The translations under genes and the position numbers were made by a program. A stretch of 64,000 nt of DNA from the NCBI GenBank assembly GCA_040217195.1, contig JAVJNR010000008.1, positions 256,001-320,000 of the forward strand. The letters are read 5' to 3'. Shown here in pieces: positions 62,264 through 64,000 of this stretch (the first letter of the stretch is position 1; each line of letters opens with the position of its first letter). Under the pieces are notes generated by a model, which saw only the letters and a list, made by a program, of their open reading frames with translations, searched no databases and was not told the DNA's origin. The DNA comes from Leptospiraceae bacterium (GTDB lineage: Bacteria > Spirochaetota > Leptospiria > Leptospirales > Leptonemataceae).

Positions 62264-62412
62264 TGGTCCGGCCGAAGCAATTGATTCCAAGCTTCGATCC
62301 AGAAATCGGCAACCGTGCTAATTAGAAAAGCAAAAGAAATGCATAGTTCACAGGTCATTCCAGGCCGCAAATCCCTGAATTGCAGCCAGAGGAAGCTTCT
62401 GGCCAGAACAAT

Positions 62413-62445
62413 AAAAAAGCCCGACTCTCACTTCGAGAGCCGGGC
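62413..62445 (-). terminator. Rho-independent terminator after the phasin-like gene
   Basis: Minus strand GCCCGGCTCTC-GAAGT-GAGAGTCGGGC followed by T6. Confidence 0.8.
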
Positions 62446-62478
62446 CTGTGCACTGCACGAGGCAGCTGCATCGGATTC

Positions 62479-62901
62479 TTACGCTCCGGTAGAAGGCTTG
62501 GAAGCTCCACCAGAAGGGGATGCTCCGCCGCCGCGTAGCTCGCTGATTTTGCTGTTAATAACAGTAGAGAGCTCTTCGATCTTATCTTTGATTTCGTTTA
62601 CTCGCTCCTCGGGAACGATTTTTTCGATTTCAACTGTAGCTTTGTTGTACAGGTCCTGAAGTTGAGTCAGAGCCTGACCGTATGCATCGCCAGTTTTCTG
62701 GTTCAGATCGTTAGCCTGAGCTACGATGTCGTCCAGTACTTTGCGCAGTTGAACGGCAGGTTCGCTGTTGTCAGCGGCGCCTTTTGCCTTGAGCTCATCA
62801 AAAGTTCTTTGAACTTCTTTGATGGCATTGTTTACGCTATCCTCGCCTGCGCGAAACAGAGCGATACCAGCGTTGAGAACGTCGTGCAGAATCTTATCCA
62901 T
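62479..62901 (-). CDS. Phasin-like amphipathic helical protein
   Basis: DVLNAGIALF...FDELKAKG pattern resembles the PhaF/PhaI-type phasin N-terminus. All-helical, with an AAGGTAGG RBS and its own terminator. Confidence 0.6.
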   Translation of the reverse strand: MDKILHDVLNAGIALFRAGEDSVNNAIKEVQRTFDELKAKGAADNSEPAVQLRKVLDDIVAQANDLNQKTGDAYGQALTQLQDLYNKATVEIEKIVPEERVNEIKDKIEELSTVINSKISELRGGGASPSGGASKPSTGA

Positions 62902-62938
62902 GACTATCCTACCTTATTGAGTTTTTTTGCCTGCGTTT

Positions 62939-62972
62939 TTGTGCAACGCACAAGTCAGTATTGTGCGGTGCG
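62939..62972. promoter_or_regulatory. Putative PhaR-type operator (two boxes)
   Basis: Palindrome TTGTGC-AAC-GCACAA at 62939-62953 and a second inverted box TTGTGCGGTGCG at 62961-62972, upstream of the phasin-like gene. Confidence 0.55.
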
Positions 62973-63027
62973 TCATTGCCTGTCAAATTAAATTTTTAAT
63001 CCGGGGTGTTTTTTTTGGCAAGCGGAA

Positions 63028-63873
63028 TCAGTGTTTTGCCAGCCAGTTTCTTAGATCTTCCAGCGGCTCCCTTCGAATCTCGTTGAATATTTCATGATAT
63101 AGTCCCTCGTACACCTGAAGAGACCGATCCACAGAGGAAATTCGTTCGTAGAATTCCATGGATCCATCCACACTGGCAATCCCATCCTCCGAGCCATGGC
63201 CTAACCAGACCGGAATCCTGACCTTTCTGGCCCTTCGAAGCACTTCCTCACCGGCTTCCAGGAGACTTAATGCCATTCTCACACTTACCTTTCCATGGAC
63301 CAGCGGATCGGATCGATAGGCCTGGACCACCGATGCATCGTGGCTAATTAAGTTCGCATCCAGTCCAGCATCCATAATCAAATCATCTTTGATTACGGAA
63401 AGGAAGTGGCCCGCAAATTTCTTGGCCTGCATGGCCGGAGTGAGGCTCACTCGCAATCCGGGCGCGCTGAGCAGTAATCCAGCTATTTCCCATTGATTCA
63501 GCTGCGTAGTGGCAAAGGAGGCCGCTACCAGACCACCCATGGAATGGCCCAATAAGAATGGCTTTCGGATGCCCCATTTCTCTCGTATATGAAGTAAGAA
63601 TTGTTCCAGATCCCTTACATATCGAAAAATGCCGGCACTGTCGCCTTTCTTGCCCTGACTGCGGCCATGCCCCCGTGCATCAAAGGAATAGATGGCAATT
63701 TTCTGACCGGCCAGCACATCCAGAACATTTCCATATCGATCGCTATGTTCTCCAAAGCCATGATGAATGACCAAATGTTTCTGGGGCTTTTGAGGCACCC
63801 AGCTCTGCGTAAACAGTCTAAGGCCATCGTCAGTGATGATTTTGTCGCGGTGATTTTGATAACTGGTTGCCAT
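63028..63873 (-). CDS. Alpha/beta hydrolase, lysophospholipase/monoacylglycerol lipase family
   Basis: HGFGEHS.RY, DARGHGRS, GHSMGG, HG..D and YHEIFNE. Confidence 0.92.
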   Translation of the reverse strand: MATSYQNHRDKIITDDGLRLFTQSWVPQKPQKHLVIHHGFGEHSDRYGNVLDVLAGQKIAIYSFDARGHGRSQGKKGDSAGIFRYVRDLEQFLLHIREKWGIRKPFLLGHSMGGLVAASFATTQLNQWEIAGLLLSAPGLRVSLTPAMQAKKFAGHFLSVIKDDLIMDAGLDANLISHDASVVQAYRSDPLVHGKVSVRMALSLLEAGEEVLRRARKVRIPVWLGHGSEDGIASVDGSMEFYERISSVDRSLQVYEGLYHEIFNEIRREPLEDLRNWLAKH

Positions 63874-64000
63874 GGTCGCCGAACCAATGGAATGGCCGGG
63901 CACTCAGTTAATCAATCAAAACTCGATTATGCTTTTCAAAGCTGAGGACCGAAACAGTGTGTCAGCATGATGCGAATCGTTGCGGTTATGATACTGCTGG

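Noticed and set aside
62264..62412. preQ1 riboswitch upstream of queF
   Set aside because: No recognisable preQ1 stem-loop with an A-rich tail.
1..64000. CRISPR arrays, IS elements, prophage or known defence genes
   Set aside because: No regularly spaced direct repeats and no transposase, integrase, phage structural or nuclease motifs were seen.

Overview
Ordinary, gene-dense chromosomal DNA at roughly 50% GC (by eye), most likely from a Leptospiraceae spirochaete (Leptonema/Leptospira-like). That assignment is an inference from an FcpB-like flagellar sheath protein, an RlpA/SPOR lipoprotein and futalosine-pathway genes. The window holds about 55 CDS and one tRNA-Pro(GGG). Recognisable housekeeping genes are mutY, secA, prfC, gatCA, tyrS, ubiX/mqnP/mqnA, epmA, secG, hemH, gpmI and queF. 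I saw no integrase, transposase, prophage or CRISPR array. The candidates most worth follow-up are: (1) a three-gene locus encoding a small acidic protein, a membrane-anchored FHA-like protein and a 1275-aa tubulin/FtsZ-superfamily (Tubulin_2-like) protein; (2) a fusion of an altered isochorismatase, a kinase and a CX5R phosphatase, translationally coupled to a split ArsA/Get3 ATPase pair; (3) two orphan proteins carrying the FliF C-terminal FliG-binding motif; (4) a catalytically degenerate PGK next to secG; (5) PhaR-type operator boxes upstream of a phasin-like gene. All family calls come from motif recognition by eye; no database searches were run.
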